A stretch of 64,000 nt of DNA, from contig JACKHC010000002.1 in the NCBI GenBank assembly GCA_020639235.1, forward strand, positions 116,841 through 180,840, written 5' to 3'. Origin of the DNA: Phycisphaeraceae bacterium (lineage in GTDB: Bacteria > Planctomycetota > Phycisphaerae > Phycisphaerales > UBA1924). The notes beneath the pieces are model-generated. The model searched no databases. It saw only the letters and a list, made by a program, of their open reading frames with translations, and was not told the origin of the DNA. Below, in pieces: positions 19,598 to 28,194 of the stretch. Position 1 is the first letter of the stretch, and each line of letters begins with the position of its first letter. The translations under genes and the position numbers were made by a program.

Positions 19598-19622
19598 AGC
19601 GACGGGTCCACGGAGGGTTGTG

Positions 19623-19985
19623 ATGTTCGATCAGTTGAAGGCGATGGGGGCGGTAGCGGGGCTGCTCAAGGACAAGGAGCGGCTCCGCGCGATGACGGAG
19701 CAGTTCAAGGACAAGATGGAGCGGACACGGGTGACGGGCGCTGCGGGCGGCGGCGCGGTGCGCGTGACGATCTCGGGGAAGCTGCGCGTCACGGATGTTG
19801 AGGTGATGCCGGCGCTGCTGGGGGGTGCGGAAGATTCGGGGCGCGTGCAGTTGCAAAACCTGATTCTTGAGGCGACGAATGATGCGCTGGAGCGTGTGCA
19901 GGCGTTGATTCAGGAGGAAGCGGCTCGGCGGATGCAGGAACTGGGGCTGCCCGACATGCCCGGGCTCGGGAATCTGCTGGGCTGA
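19623..19985 (+). CDS. ybaB: YbaB/EbfC family nucleoid-associated protein
   Basis: 'MFDQLKAMG...GAVRVTISGKLRVTDVEV...LILEATNDALERVQ'; ATG 19623 preceded by GGAGGG; classic dnaX-ybaB-recR synteny. Confidence 0.9.
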   Translation: MFDQLKAMGAVAGLLKDKERLRAMTEQFKDKMERTRVTGAAGGGAVRVTISGKLRVTDVEVMPALLGGAEDSGRVQLQNLILEATNDALERVQALIQEEAARRMQELGLPDMPGLGNLLG

Positions 19986-20003
19986 GGGGGCTAGAGTTCT
20001 GCG

Positions 20004-20660
20004 ATGGCGAAGCAGCGGAGTCACAATCCGGATCACTCGAGCGCGTATCCCGCGCCGGTGCGCGAACTGCTCGAGGAACTGGCGCGCCTGCCGGGGATTG
20101 GCAGGCGCTCGGCGGAGCGCCTTGCGCTGCATCTGCTCAAGAGCGATGCTGCGGACGCGATGTCGCTGGCGGACGCGATCGCTCGCGTGAAGACGGAGGT
20201 GGGCCAGTGCCCGGTGTGCTTCAACTTCACGGACGGTGATGCGTGCGCGGTATGCCGGGACGAGCGGCGCGACCCCTCGATGGTGCTGGTGGTTGAGCAG
20301 CCGCGGGACTTGATTTCGCTGGAGCAGACGGGGATGTACCGTGGCGTTTATCATGTGCTGCTCGGGCGGATCAGCCCGCTCGAGGGCGTGAGCGAGGATG
20401 ATCTGACTATCGGCGCGCTGCTGGCGCGGATCGATACGCCGGAGCGGAATGCCGGGGGGGCGCGGGTTGAGGAAGTGATTCTCGGGCTGAACCCGACGCT
20501 GGAGGGGGATGGGACGGCGCTGTATCTGCAGCAGGCGGTGGCGAAGCGGGGCGTGAAGGTCTCGCGGCTTGCGCGGGGATTGCCGACTGGATCGCAGTTG
20601 GAATACGCCAACAAGGCGGTTCTTGCGGATGCGATTCTGGGCCGGCAATCGGTGCGTTAG
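20004..20660 (+). CDS. recR: recombination protein RecR
   Basis: HhH 'LPGIGRRSAERLA', zinc finger 'CPVCFNFTDGDACAVC', Toprim 'VVEQPRDL'. Confidence 0.93.
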   Translation: MAKQRSHNPDHSSAYPAPVRELLEELARLPGIGRRSAERLALHLLKSDAADAMSLADAIARVKTEVGQCPVCFNFTDGDACAVCRDERRDPSMVLVVEQPRDLISLEQTGMYRGVYHVLLGRISPLEGVSEDDLTIGALLARIDTPERNAGGARVEEVILGLNPTLEGDGTALYLQQAVAKRGVKVSRLARGLPTGSQLEYANKAVLADAILGRQSVR

Positions 20661-20721
20661 CGCGAGGTGACGGGGGCGGACGGTATAGTTGCCGGCGGCA
20701 CGGACGCCCGAGGGATAGCGC

Positions 20722-22263
20722 ATGCGTTTTGACACATCCCAGCACATGAAGATGGGCCAGCAGATGAAGCTGGCGCCGCGGATGATCCAATCGATGGAGA
20801 TTCTGCAGATGGCGCTGCCCGCTCTGGAGGAGCGGATCGAGCAGGAGCTGGAGTCGAATATCGCGCTGGAGACCTGGGAGCCGGGCGCCGACACGCAGAC
20901 GATTGAGTTGGAACGCGCCGAGCGTGATCGGGCGGATCGGGAGAATGAGCGCGAGCTGACGGTAGAAGACGGCGGGGCGGGTGACTTCGAGCGGCTCGGC
21001 TCGATGGAAGCGGACAATCCGGAGGCGTTTGACAACGAGTACTCGGCGGCGTCGTTGCATGCGCGGCAGTCGCTCGAGCCGGGGTCGTACTCGCCGTCGC
21101 GGATGGCGGGCGAGCGCGACGCGAAGATGGATGCGCTTGCGAATACGGCCGCGCCCGCGAAGTCGCTCACGGACCAGTTGCTGGAGCAGTGGTCATTCGC
21201 GGAGGTGGACGGCGCGACGCGGGAGGCGGGGCGGCTGCTGATTCAGAATATCGATGACGACGGGTACATCCGGGCGGACCTGGAGCAGATTCGGGAGTCG
21301 ATCGCCGATGAGCGTGCGCGGCCCAGGCTGGAAGCGCTCGAGCGGGCGTTGACCGCGCTGCAGATCTTTCTGGACCCGCCCGGGCTTGCGGCACGCGACC
21401 TGCGGGAGAGTCTGCTCTTGCAGTTGGACGCGATCGAGGAGGCGGACCCGCGGGCGGATGTGAGTGCGATTCGCAAGATCATCGAGGGGCATCTCGATGA
21501 TCTGACGCACAACCGGATTCCGCGGATCGCGGAGAAGACCGGGATGAGCATCGAGGAGATTTCCGAGGCGCTGGCGCATGTGCCGCGGTTGGTGCTGCAT
21601 CCGGGGCGGACGCTCGTGAACTCGATGCTTCCATCGATCATTCCCGATGCGATTGTCGAGTACGACGAGGACGGTGATGACTACATCGCGTACCTGACAG
21701 ATGGTCGGATGCCGAACCTGCGGATCAACAAGGATTACGCGACGCTCGTGAAGGATCGGGGGTTGGCCAAGCAGGACCGCGAGTTCATCCGGACGAATCT
21801 GTCCAACGCGAACTGGTTGATCGATGCGCTCAACCAGAGGCGGCACACGCTGCAGCGCGTGCTCAATGCGGTGGTCGCGGCCCAGCGGGATTTCTTCGAT
21901 CTTGGTGAGCAGGCGCTGAAGCCGTTGCCCATGACGCAGGTCGCGGACCAGCTGGGGATTCATGTCGCGACGGTGTCGCGGGCGGTGGCGGGGAAGCACA
22001 TCCAGTGCCCGCGGGGGATTTTCCCCCTTCGGCGTTTCTTCACGGGGGGTATGCAGACACAGGGCGGGGACGAGGTCTCGTACGACGCGATCAAGGCGGC
22101 GCTGAAGGATGTGATCGACGAGGAGGACAAGTCCAATCCGCATTCGGATGATGCGCTGGTGAAAGAGCTCGAGAAGAAGGGGATCGACATCGCGCGACGT
22201 ACGGTCGCGAAGTACCGGTCGCAGCTGGATATCCCCAGCGCGCGGCTACGGAAGAAGTTCTAA
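20722..22263 (+). CDS. rpoN: RNA polymerase sigma-54 factor
   Basis: N-terminal region I 'LKLAPRMIQSMEILQM', HTH 'QVADQLGIHVATVSRAV', RpoN box 'ARRTVAKYR'. Confidence 0.9.
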   Translation: MRFDTSQHMKMGQQMKLAPRMIQSMEILQMALPALEERIEQELESNIALETWEPGADTQTIELERAERDRADRENERELTVEDGGAGDFERLGSMEADNPEAFDNEYSAASLHARQSLEPGSYSPSRMAGERDAKMDALANTAAPAKSLTDQLLEQWSFAEVDGATREAGRLLIQNIDDDGYIRADLEQIRESIADERARPRLEALERALTALQIFLDPPGLAARDLRESLLLQLDAIEEADPRADVSAIRKIIEGHLDDLTHNRIPRIAEKTGMSIEEISEALAHVPRLVLHPGRTLVNSMLPSIIPDAIVEYDEDGDDYIAYLTDGRMPNLRINKDYATLVKDRGLAKQDREFIRTNLSNANWLIDALNQRRHTLQRVLNAVVAAQRDFFDLGEQALKPLPMTQVADQLGIHVATVSRAVAGKHIQCPRGIFPLRRFFTGGMQTQGGDEVSYDAIKAALKDVIDEEDKSNPHSDDALVKELEKKGIDIARRTVAKYRSQLDIPSARLRKKF

Positions 22264-22269
22264 GAGATT

Positions 22270-22344
22270 TCGTGTGTCGCGTTGCTCCACACGAGTTGAG
22301 ATTGTGTAGACCGGCTCGCGCCGTGCCGCTCACCGGATGAGCGG
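22270..22344. repeat. 3'-flanking element: hairpin + conserved core AGACCGGCTCGCG-N4-GCCGCTC (copy 1)
   Basis: Hairpin TCGTGTG (22270-22276)/CACACGA (22288-22294); core at 22308-22320 and 22325-22331, identical to 28138-28150 and 28155-28161; second hairpin CCGCTCA/TGAGCGG at 22326-22344. Confidence 0.6.
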
Positions 22345-22403
22345 GTTGTCGGATTTGGGTCAGAGGGGCCGGGCTTTTGGGGCGGCGGGTATGATCGACG
22401 TTT

Positions 22404-23048
22404 ATGAGTGATCGACCCGCTGCGACCGGTTTCCGCAGGCATGTGCCCAACGCGCTGACGCTGGCGCGGCTGGTGCTGGCGGCGGCATTCATCTGGGTGC
22501 TGAGCGTGTACCGGTATCCGGCGACCAATGCTTGGGCGCTGCATGTGGGCATCGATCTGTTCATCATCGCGGCGGTGACGGATGCGCTGGACGGGTATCT
22601 GGCGCGCCGGTGGAACGCTGTGAGCGTGTTCGGTCGGGTGATGGACCCGTTCGCGGACAAGTTACTGGTGCTGGGCGCGTTCGTGGTGATGGCGGGGCCG
22701 CAGTTCTGGTCTGCGGAACTGGGGCGACAATCAACGGGCGTTTCGCCATGGATGGCCGTGGTGATCCTGGGGCGGGAGTTGCTGGTGACCTCGATCCGCG
22801 GCGTAATGGAGGGGATGGGCGTTGACTTCTCGGCGTCGTGGACGGGGAAGGCGAAGATGATCGTGCAGTCGGTGGCGGTGCCGGCAATTCTGCTGCTTGT
22901 GATTCTTGCGACGAGCGGCGCGCTTGAGACGGGACGGGCGGTGGCGATCAACGCGGTGATCGCGTATTTGGTGACGGCGGTGACTGTGGTTTCGGCTGTT
23001 CCCTATTTGACGCGGGCGATGGGCGCGGTGCGGGGGCGGGAGTCGTGA
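22404..23048 (+). CDS. pgsA: CDP-diacylglycerol--glycerol-3-phosphate 3-phosphatidyltransferase
   Basis: CDP-alcohol phosphatidyltransferase motif 'DALDGYLARRWNAVSVFGRVMDPFADK'; multiple TM segments. Confidence 0.85.
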   Translation: MSDRPAATGFRRHVPNALTLARLVLAAAFIWVLSVYRYPATNAWALHVGIDLFIIAAVTDALDGYLARRWNAVSVFGRVMDPFADKLLVLGAFVVMAGPQFWSAELGRQSTGVSPWMAVVILGRELLVTSIRGVMEGMGVDFSASWTGKAKMIVQSVAVPAILLLVILATSGALETGRAVAINAVIAYLVTAVTVVSAVPYLTRAMGAVRGRES

Positions 23049-23626
23049 GCGAGCACAAGAACAAGTCGCGGGCGTCGATCAGGCCTTTGAACAGCGCGAC
23101 GATCGCCCTGACAACGGGGGGACTGGGTTTTCTGCGGCCCGCGCCTGGGACTTGGGGCTCGGTGCCGCCGTGCGCGGCGATGGGGCTGCTGCTGATCGGG
23201 GGCGCCTCGTACTGGACGATTCAGATCGTGATGGTGGCGGTGCTGGTGTTGTCGTGCGCTGTGTGCGTGGTATTGGGGCGGTACGCGGAGGCGCGCTTCG
23301 GGCGGAAGGACGCTGCGGAGGTCGTGATCGACGAGACGGCGGGGGTGACGCTCGGGTTGATGCTGTGGCCGGCGGGGTTTGTGGCGTCGTGCGCGCTGCC
23401 GGGGGAGTGGACGATGGAGGCGGCGGGCGGGCCGTTCCTGCGGGCGTTGGTCGCGGTGGGTGCGGCGTTCGTGCTGTTCCGGGTGAGCGACATCTTCAAG
23501 CCGTGGCCCGCGCGGCGGTTGGAGGATTTGCCGCACGGATGGGGCGTGCTGATGGACGATGTGATGGCGGGTGTGTACGCGGCGGCGGCGATGCAGGTGG
23601 GGCTGCGGTTCTTGCCGCTTGGATGA
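23045..23626 (+). CDS. pgpA: phosphatidylglycerophosphatase A
   Basis: 'PAPGTWGS', 'IDETAG', 'FRVSDIFKPWP', 'GWGVLMDDVMAGVYA' PgpA motifs; GTGA overlap with pgsA. Confidence 0.85.
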   Translation: MSEHKNKSRASIRPLNSATIALTTGGLGFLRPAPGTWGSVPPCAAMGLLLIGGASYWTIQIVMVAVLVLSCAVCVVLGRYAEARFGRKDAAEVVIDETAGVTLGLMLWPAGFVASCALPGEWTMEAAGGPFLRALVAVGAAFVLFRVSDIFKPWPARRLEDLPHGWGVLMDDVMAGVYAAAAMQVGLRFLPLG

Positions 23627-23670
23627 AACGCGAGTCGCTTCAGTCCCATTGAGCATCTGGGAGAACTGTG

Positions 23671-23958
23671 ATGCCGTGTCTTGTCGCCTTGCTGGCGTTA
23701 GCCTTTCCGCGGTTGGCGATCGTGCTGGTCGTGATTTTCTCGGATTACATCGGGAACGCGTATCAGACGACGATCGTGCCGTTCCTGGGATTCCTGTTCA
23801 TGCCGCTGACGACGCTGGCGTATGCGCTGGCGATCAACGCGCATGGGTCAGTGAGCGGGTTGTATCTGGTCGTGCTGGTGCTGGCGGTGCTCGCGGACCT
23901 AGGTATGGGCGGGTTCGGCGCGCGGGCGAACCGGAACCGGCAAGGTCGGAAGAGTTAG
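23671..23958 (+). CDS. small integral membrane protein, unknown function
   Basis: 95 aa with three hydrophobic segments; ATG 23671 preceded by GGGAGA; high GC3. Confidence 0.45.
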   Translation: MPCLVALLALAFPRLAIVLVVIFSDYIGNAYQTTIVPFLGFLFMPLTTLAYALAINAHGSVSGLYLVVLVLAVLADLGMGGFGARANRNRQGRKS

Positions 23959-25502
23959 ACGCCTTCGCGATCGAGGAGGCGGTACTGGATGGCTTCGGCG
24001 ATGTGTGCGATGTCGATGGTCTCGGCGGCGTCGATGTCGGCGATGGTGCGGGCGACGCGGCGGATTTTGTCGTAGGCGCGGGCGCTGAGCCCGAGTTCGG
24101 TGAGGGCGCCGCCGAGCATGGCTCGGGCATCGTCGGTCATCGGCGCGAGGGTATCGAGGTCTTTGCCGCGGAGGCGGGCGTTGAGCGTTTCGCCCTGGCG
24201 GGCGAGTTGTCGCTCGCGGGCTGAGGCGACGCGGTCGCGCATCTGGGCGGTTGATGTGCCGGGCTTGCGGTCGGTGGCAGAAAGGTCCTTCCACGGCACG
24301 GCGGGGGCTTCGACATGGATATCGATGCGGTCGATGAGGGGGCGTGAGATGCGGCCCAGGTAACGCTTCATTTCGCGACGGCCGGTTTCGTTGGCGGGCA
24401 TCTCTCCCGAGGCGGTGGGGTTCATCGCGGCGACGAGCATGAAGTTGGCCGGGAATGACGCGGACGAGTGCGCGCGGGAGATGGTGACATCGCCCGACTC
24501 GAGGGGTTGGCGGAGGGTGTCGAGGACGGCGCGGGGGAACTCGGGGAGTTCGTCGAGGAATAACACGCCTTGGTGCGCCATGGAGATCTCGCCCGGCGCG
24601 GGGACCTTGCCGCCCCCGATGACGGCGATGGCGGAGGCGGTGTGGTGCGGTGTGCGGACAGGGCGCTTGGTGATGAGGCCGGCGGCGGTGGAGCCGTTGA
24701 GGCGGCCGGCTGCGGAATAGATGCGCGTGATCTCGACGGCTTCCTGCGGGGACAACGACGGGAGGATTCCCGGGAGGGCGCGGGCCATCATGGTTTTGCC
24801 GGTGCCGGCGGGCCCGAGCATGAGGATGTTGTGCATGCCCGCAGCTGCGACGGTCATCGCGCGCTTGACACCCTCCTGGCCTTTGACTTCGGCGAAGTCG
24901 ATGTCGGCGTTGGTGAGTTGGATGAGGCCGCGGACATCGGCGGGTGGCACGGGTTCGCGCGGAATCTCGGCGTGGATGAGCGCGACGGCCTCGGCGAGCG
25001 TCTGGACACCGTAGACATCGACGCCCTCGACAACGGACGCCTCGGGTGCGTTCTCTGCCGGGACGACGACGCCCTTGAGGCCTCGCTTGCGCGCGAGTGC
25101 GGCGACCGAGAGAGCGCCGCGGATGGGACGGATGCGGCCGTCGAGCGCGAGTTCGCCCGCGAAGAGGTGGGCGCGGGGGTCGAGGCCGCCTTCGCGTTCG
25201 CATCGTGTGCGTGAGATGGAACCGTCGGCGGTGAGCATGCCGATGGCGATGGGCAGGTCGTAGACGGGCTCCTCCTTGCGGACATCGGCGGGCGCAAGAT
25301 TCACGAGGATTCGGTTCTGGGGGAACCGGTAGCCGGTGTTGAGAATGGCGGCGCGGACGCGGTCCATGGACTCTTTGACGGCGGCGTTGGCGAGCCCGAC
25401 GATCTGTTCGTTGGACATGCCCGCCTCGCCGACATCGACCTCGATCTCGCACGGTTGGGCGTCGATGCCGGATAGGATGAACGATTGGATTCGTGCCAGC
25501 AT
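23955..25502 (-). CDS. comM: YifB/ComM family Mg-chelatase-like ATPase
   Basis: Start 'MLARIQSFILSGIDAQPCEIEVDV', Walker A 'GPAGTGKT', 'LFLDELPEF' Walker B. The 808-aa ORF in the track was trimmed to ATG 25502. Confidence 0.9.
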   Translation of the reverse strand: MLARIQSFILSGIDAQPCEIEVDVGEAGMSNEQIVGLANAAVKESMDRVRAAILNTGYRFPQNRILVNLAPADVRKEEPVYDLPIAIGMLTADGSISRTRCEREGGLDPRAHLFAGELALDGRIRPIRGALSVAALARKRGLKGVVVPAENAPEASVVEGVDVYGVQTLAEAVALIHAEIPREPVPPADVRGLIQLTNADIDFAEVKGQEGVKRAMTVAAAGMHNILMLGPAGTGKTMMARALPGILPSLSPQEAVEITRIYSAAGRLNGSTAAGLITKRPVRTPHHTASAIAVIGGGKVPAPGEISMAHQGVLFLDELPEFPRAVLDTLRQPLESGDVTISRAHSSASFPANFMLVAAMNPTASGEMPANETGRREMKRYLGRISRPLIDRIDIHVEAPAVPWKDLSATDRKPGTSTAQMRDRVASARERQLARQGETLNARLRGKDLDTLAPMTDDARAMLGGALTELGLSARAYDKIRRVARTIADIDAAETIDIAHIAEAIQYRLLDREGV

Positions 25503-25604
25503 GGAGCGCGTGATACCCGAACGAAATCCGTTCGTCAATGGTCTGTTAGGAAAAAGATCTTGCAAAATAACCCGAACAACCGGTTTGCGGTGCCTGAGGA
25601 CCGA

Positions 25605-26342
25605 TTGACGCGGTTTTCGAGCCGGGCGGAGGACTATGCGAAGTTCCGGCCTTCGTATCCGGCGGCGGCGATCGACGCGATTCTGGCGGGCATGGGGGAG
25701 CCCACGGGGCTGATCTGCCTGGATGTGGGTTCGGGGACGGGGATCTCGGCGCGGCTTCTGGCGGAGCGTGGGTGTCGAGTGATCGCGGTGGAGCCGAACG
25801 AAGCGATGCGCGAGAGGGCGGAGTTGCACGCGCGGGTGACGATGCGCGGGGGAAATGCGGAAGAGACCGGGGCTGAAGACGGGAGCATGGATGTTGTGCT
25901 GGCGGCGCAGGCGTATCACTGGTTCGATGAACCCAAGGCGTTGGCGGAGTTCGCGCGGGTGCTCCGCGCGGGTGGTCGGCTGGCAGTGATGTGGAATGTT
26001 CCCGATGAGCGCACCGAGAGCGGCCGGGGTTACCGGGAGATCATGCTGCGGTACGCGACGGAGCCCCCCACTTCGCCATGGAACAACTTCTGCGCGCCGC
26101 GGCTCGAGGGCGATGCGCGATTCATGGGCCACAGGACCGTGGAGATTCCGTCGGGGCAGGTGCTGGACTGCGCGGGGTTGATCGGGCGGGCGGGATCGGC
26201 TTCGTATGTGCCCAAGCACGGTCGGGCGCGGGAGCAGATGGAGGCGGACCTGGCGCACTTGTATTCGCGGTGTGAGCGCGATGGCGTGTTCACGCTCGCG
26301 TATGTGACGCGGGTGCATCTTGCGGAGAGGACGGAGCGTTGA
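25605..26342 (+). CDS. class I SAM-dependent methyltransferase
   Basis: Motif I 'CLDVGSGTGIS', 'AAQAYHWF', 'GGRLAVMW'. Start uncertain: TTG 25605 (preceded by GAGGA) or GTG 25590; the track start is TTG 25485. Confidence 0.75.
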   Translation: MTRFSSRAEDYAKFRPSYPAAAIDAILAGMGEPTGLICLDVGSGTGISARLLAERGCRVIAVEPNEAMRERAELHARVTMRGGNAEETGAEDGSMDVVLAAQAYHWFDEPKALAEFARVLRAGGRLAVMWNVPDERTESGRGYREIMLRYATEPPTSPWNNFCAPRLEGDARFMGHRTVEIPSGQVLDCAGLIGRAGSASYVPKHGRAREQMEADLAHLYSRCERDGVFTLAYVTRVHLAERTER

Positions 26343-26758
26343 TCGAGCCGACGCGAACACCGGAGGGATGCGCGCACCCATGGGGTGAAGCGCCGACGCC
26401 TTACGAGGAACTCGGCGGGGACGCGGCGGTACGGGCGCTGGTGGATGATTTCTATGACTACATGGACGCGGAGTCGCCTGTTGTGCGCGCGATGCACCCG
26501 GAGGATCTGGGCGAGTCGCGCGACAAATTGTATGAGTTCCTGAGCGGGTGGCTGGGCGGGCCGCCGATTTACCACGAGAAGCGGGGCCATCCGCGTCTTC
26601 GCGCGCGGCACATGCCCTTTGCGATTGATCAGCGTGCGGTGGACGAGTGGCTTCGTTGCATGGGGCTTGCGATGGACAAGCGGGGCGTGGCGGGGGCGCT
26701 GCGGGCCTTTATGGACGCGAAGCTGGATCATCTGGCCAACTTCATGCGGAACCGGTGA
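26339..26758 (+). CDS. group II truncated hemoglobin (GlbO/YjbI-like)
   Basis: 'YEELGGDAAVRALVDDFY', 'LYEFLSGWLGGPPIY...GHPRLRARHMPFAI' typical of trHbO; TTGA overlap with the upstream gene. Confidence 0.8.
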   Translation: MIEPTRTPEGCAHPWGEAPTPYEELGGDAAVRALVDDFYDYMDAESPVVRAMHPEDLGESRDKLYEFLSGWLGGPPIYHEKRGHPRLRARHMPFAIDQRAVDEWLRCMGLAMDKRGVAGALRAFMDAKLDHLANFMRNR

Positions 26759-26821
26759 CGCCGCCGGGTGTCACACATAGGATGCGGGTATCACTGCGCC
26801 CGTAGGCGAAGGAGCGGCACG

Positions 26822-28093
26822 ATGAGCGGGACGATCGCTTGGCGGACGATGGCGGTAGCGACGATGCTCGCGATGCTGGGTGTCTCGGCGCTGGCGCGGC
26901 CTCCCAAACCCGCTCCGAGCCCGGACCCCCGTCCGCGTGCGCTGACGCGCCACGAGTTCAACTACAAGGACTGGACCGTGAGCCCGATCGTGCGGCTGCA
27001 CTCGTACCAGTTCCGCACGGACCCGAACGAGGTACCGGCGTCGACATCGCCGACGGTGCTGGACGCGGTCGCGATGATCTATCCGCTGATCGCGGGGAGC
27101 GCGATGCACGATGTGTATCTGGATCGTGTGACGTCGGAGTTCTCGCTCGGGAACAAGAAGCTGGACCTGCGGCCTCGGACGCTTCCCAACTATCAGGGCG
27201 GGACGATGCTGGCTGTGTGGGAAGCGAAGGACATTCACTCGACGGAGGCGTTGCAGCTGCGCGTTGATATCCCGATGACGTGCTATGAGACGCGAATCGA
27301 TGAAGACATCGCGCTGACCTATGACTGGCCGACAGGCGAGTACAAGCCGATGATCGCGTCGTGCCTTGAGCCGCAGTTGTATGTGGAGCCGGGGCATCCC
27401 GCGATTCAGAAGTTGGTGCAGGAGTGGACGAAGGGGAATGTGAAGAACGCGAAGCCGTACCTGGCGGCGAAGTATCTGGCGGGGAAGGTTGTCGAGCACT
27501 TCCAGCCCACGGAGGGGGACTATGAGTCGGCGGGGCGCGGGCCGGAACGGGGGAAGGTGACGGCGGTGCTCCTTGAGGGTTTTAATGTGCACGGCGCGGC
27601 GTACGCTGCGGAGCGCCGGCGCGGATCGCGGTTCGACATGGCGTGCCTGTTGACGGCGGTGTACCGGGGTGCGGGGATTCCGGCGCGGATGGTGATCGGG
27701 CTTGATCTGGAGAAAACGCGCGAGAGCAATATCCCGGTGCTGCGCGCGTGGACCGAGTTCTATCTGTACGACGAGGCGGCGGAAGCGGGTGAGTGGATTC
27801 CGGTGGACATCGTGAAGCAGCGCGAGTTTTCAAGCCGTATGCCGCCGCTCAAGCAGCGGTGGCAGTTCTTCGGGCACAACGAGGAGTTCGACCAGATGGC
27901 GCCGCTGGCGTATCACTGGCTGCCGCCGACCGCGAACACCAACACGGGCCCGCCCGGCGTGTGGGGTTGGATTCCGAGCCCGGGGGTTCCGGCGGTGGAT
28001 GCGGAGTTGCAGTTTGTCTACAACGAGACTTCACGGCGCGGCGATGACCCGAAGGAGTGGTGGGAGCGCCCGAAGCAGCAGCCGATGCAATGA
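26822..28093 (+). CDS. secreted transglutaminase-like domain protein
   Basis: Signal peptide 'MAVATMLAMLGVSALA'; core 'GSRFDMACLLTAVYRGAGIPARMVIG...AWTEFYL...WIPVD' matches the Cys-His-Asp transglutaminase-like layout; ATG 26822 preceded by AGGAG. Confidence 0.7.
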   Translation: MSGTIAWRTMAVATMLAMLGVSALARPPKPAPSPDPRPRALTRHEFNYKDWTVSPIVRLHSYQFRTDPNEVPASTSPTVLDAVAMIYPLIAGSAMHDVYLDRVTSEFSLGNKKLDLRPRTLPNYQGGTMLAVWEAKDIHSTEALQLRVDIPMTCYETRIDEDIALTYDWPTGEYKPMIASCLEPQLYVEPGHPAIQKLVQEWTKGNVKNAKPYLAAKYLAGKVVEHFQPTEGDYESAGRGPERGKVTAVLLEGFNVHGAAYAAERRRGSRFDMACLLTAVYRGAGIPARMVIGLDLEKTRESNIPVLRAWTEFYLYDEAAEAGEWIPVDIVKQREFSSRMPPLKQRWQFFGHNEEFDQMAPLAYHWLPPTANTNTGPPGVWGWIPSPGVPAVDAELQFVYNETSRRGDDPKEWWERPKQQPMQ

Positions 28094-28095
28094 AG

Positions 28096-28164
28096 AAGTC
28101 GCGTGGCCGCGAGTAGGCACGCGACTTGAGGACTTGCAGACCGGCTCGCGTCAAGCCGCTCGCC
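28096..28164. repeat. 3'-flanking element: hairpin + conserved core AGACCGGCTCGCG-N4-GCCGCTC (copy 2)
   Basis: 10-bp hairpin AAGTCGCGTG (28096-28105)/CACGCGACTT (28118-28127), followed by the core at 28138-28150 and 28155-28161. It sits between convergent genes and may act as a bidirectional terminator. Confidence 0.6.
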
Positions 28165-28194
28165 TGCTAAAGGGGTCGCTTCGTCGATCGGTGC

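Noticed and set aside
19095-21170. 691-aa minus-strand ORF spanning dnaX-3'/ybaB/recR/rpoN-5'
   Set aside because: Antisense to four well-supported genes. Its composition (R, P, S, A) is typical of an open antisense frame in high-GC DNA.
25503-26381. N-terminal 293 aa of the 808-aa minus-strand ORF 23955..26381
   Set aside because: Arg/Pro/His-rich junk translation, antisense to the methyltransferase gene. The recognisable ComM/YifB protein begins at MLARIQSF (ATG 25502).
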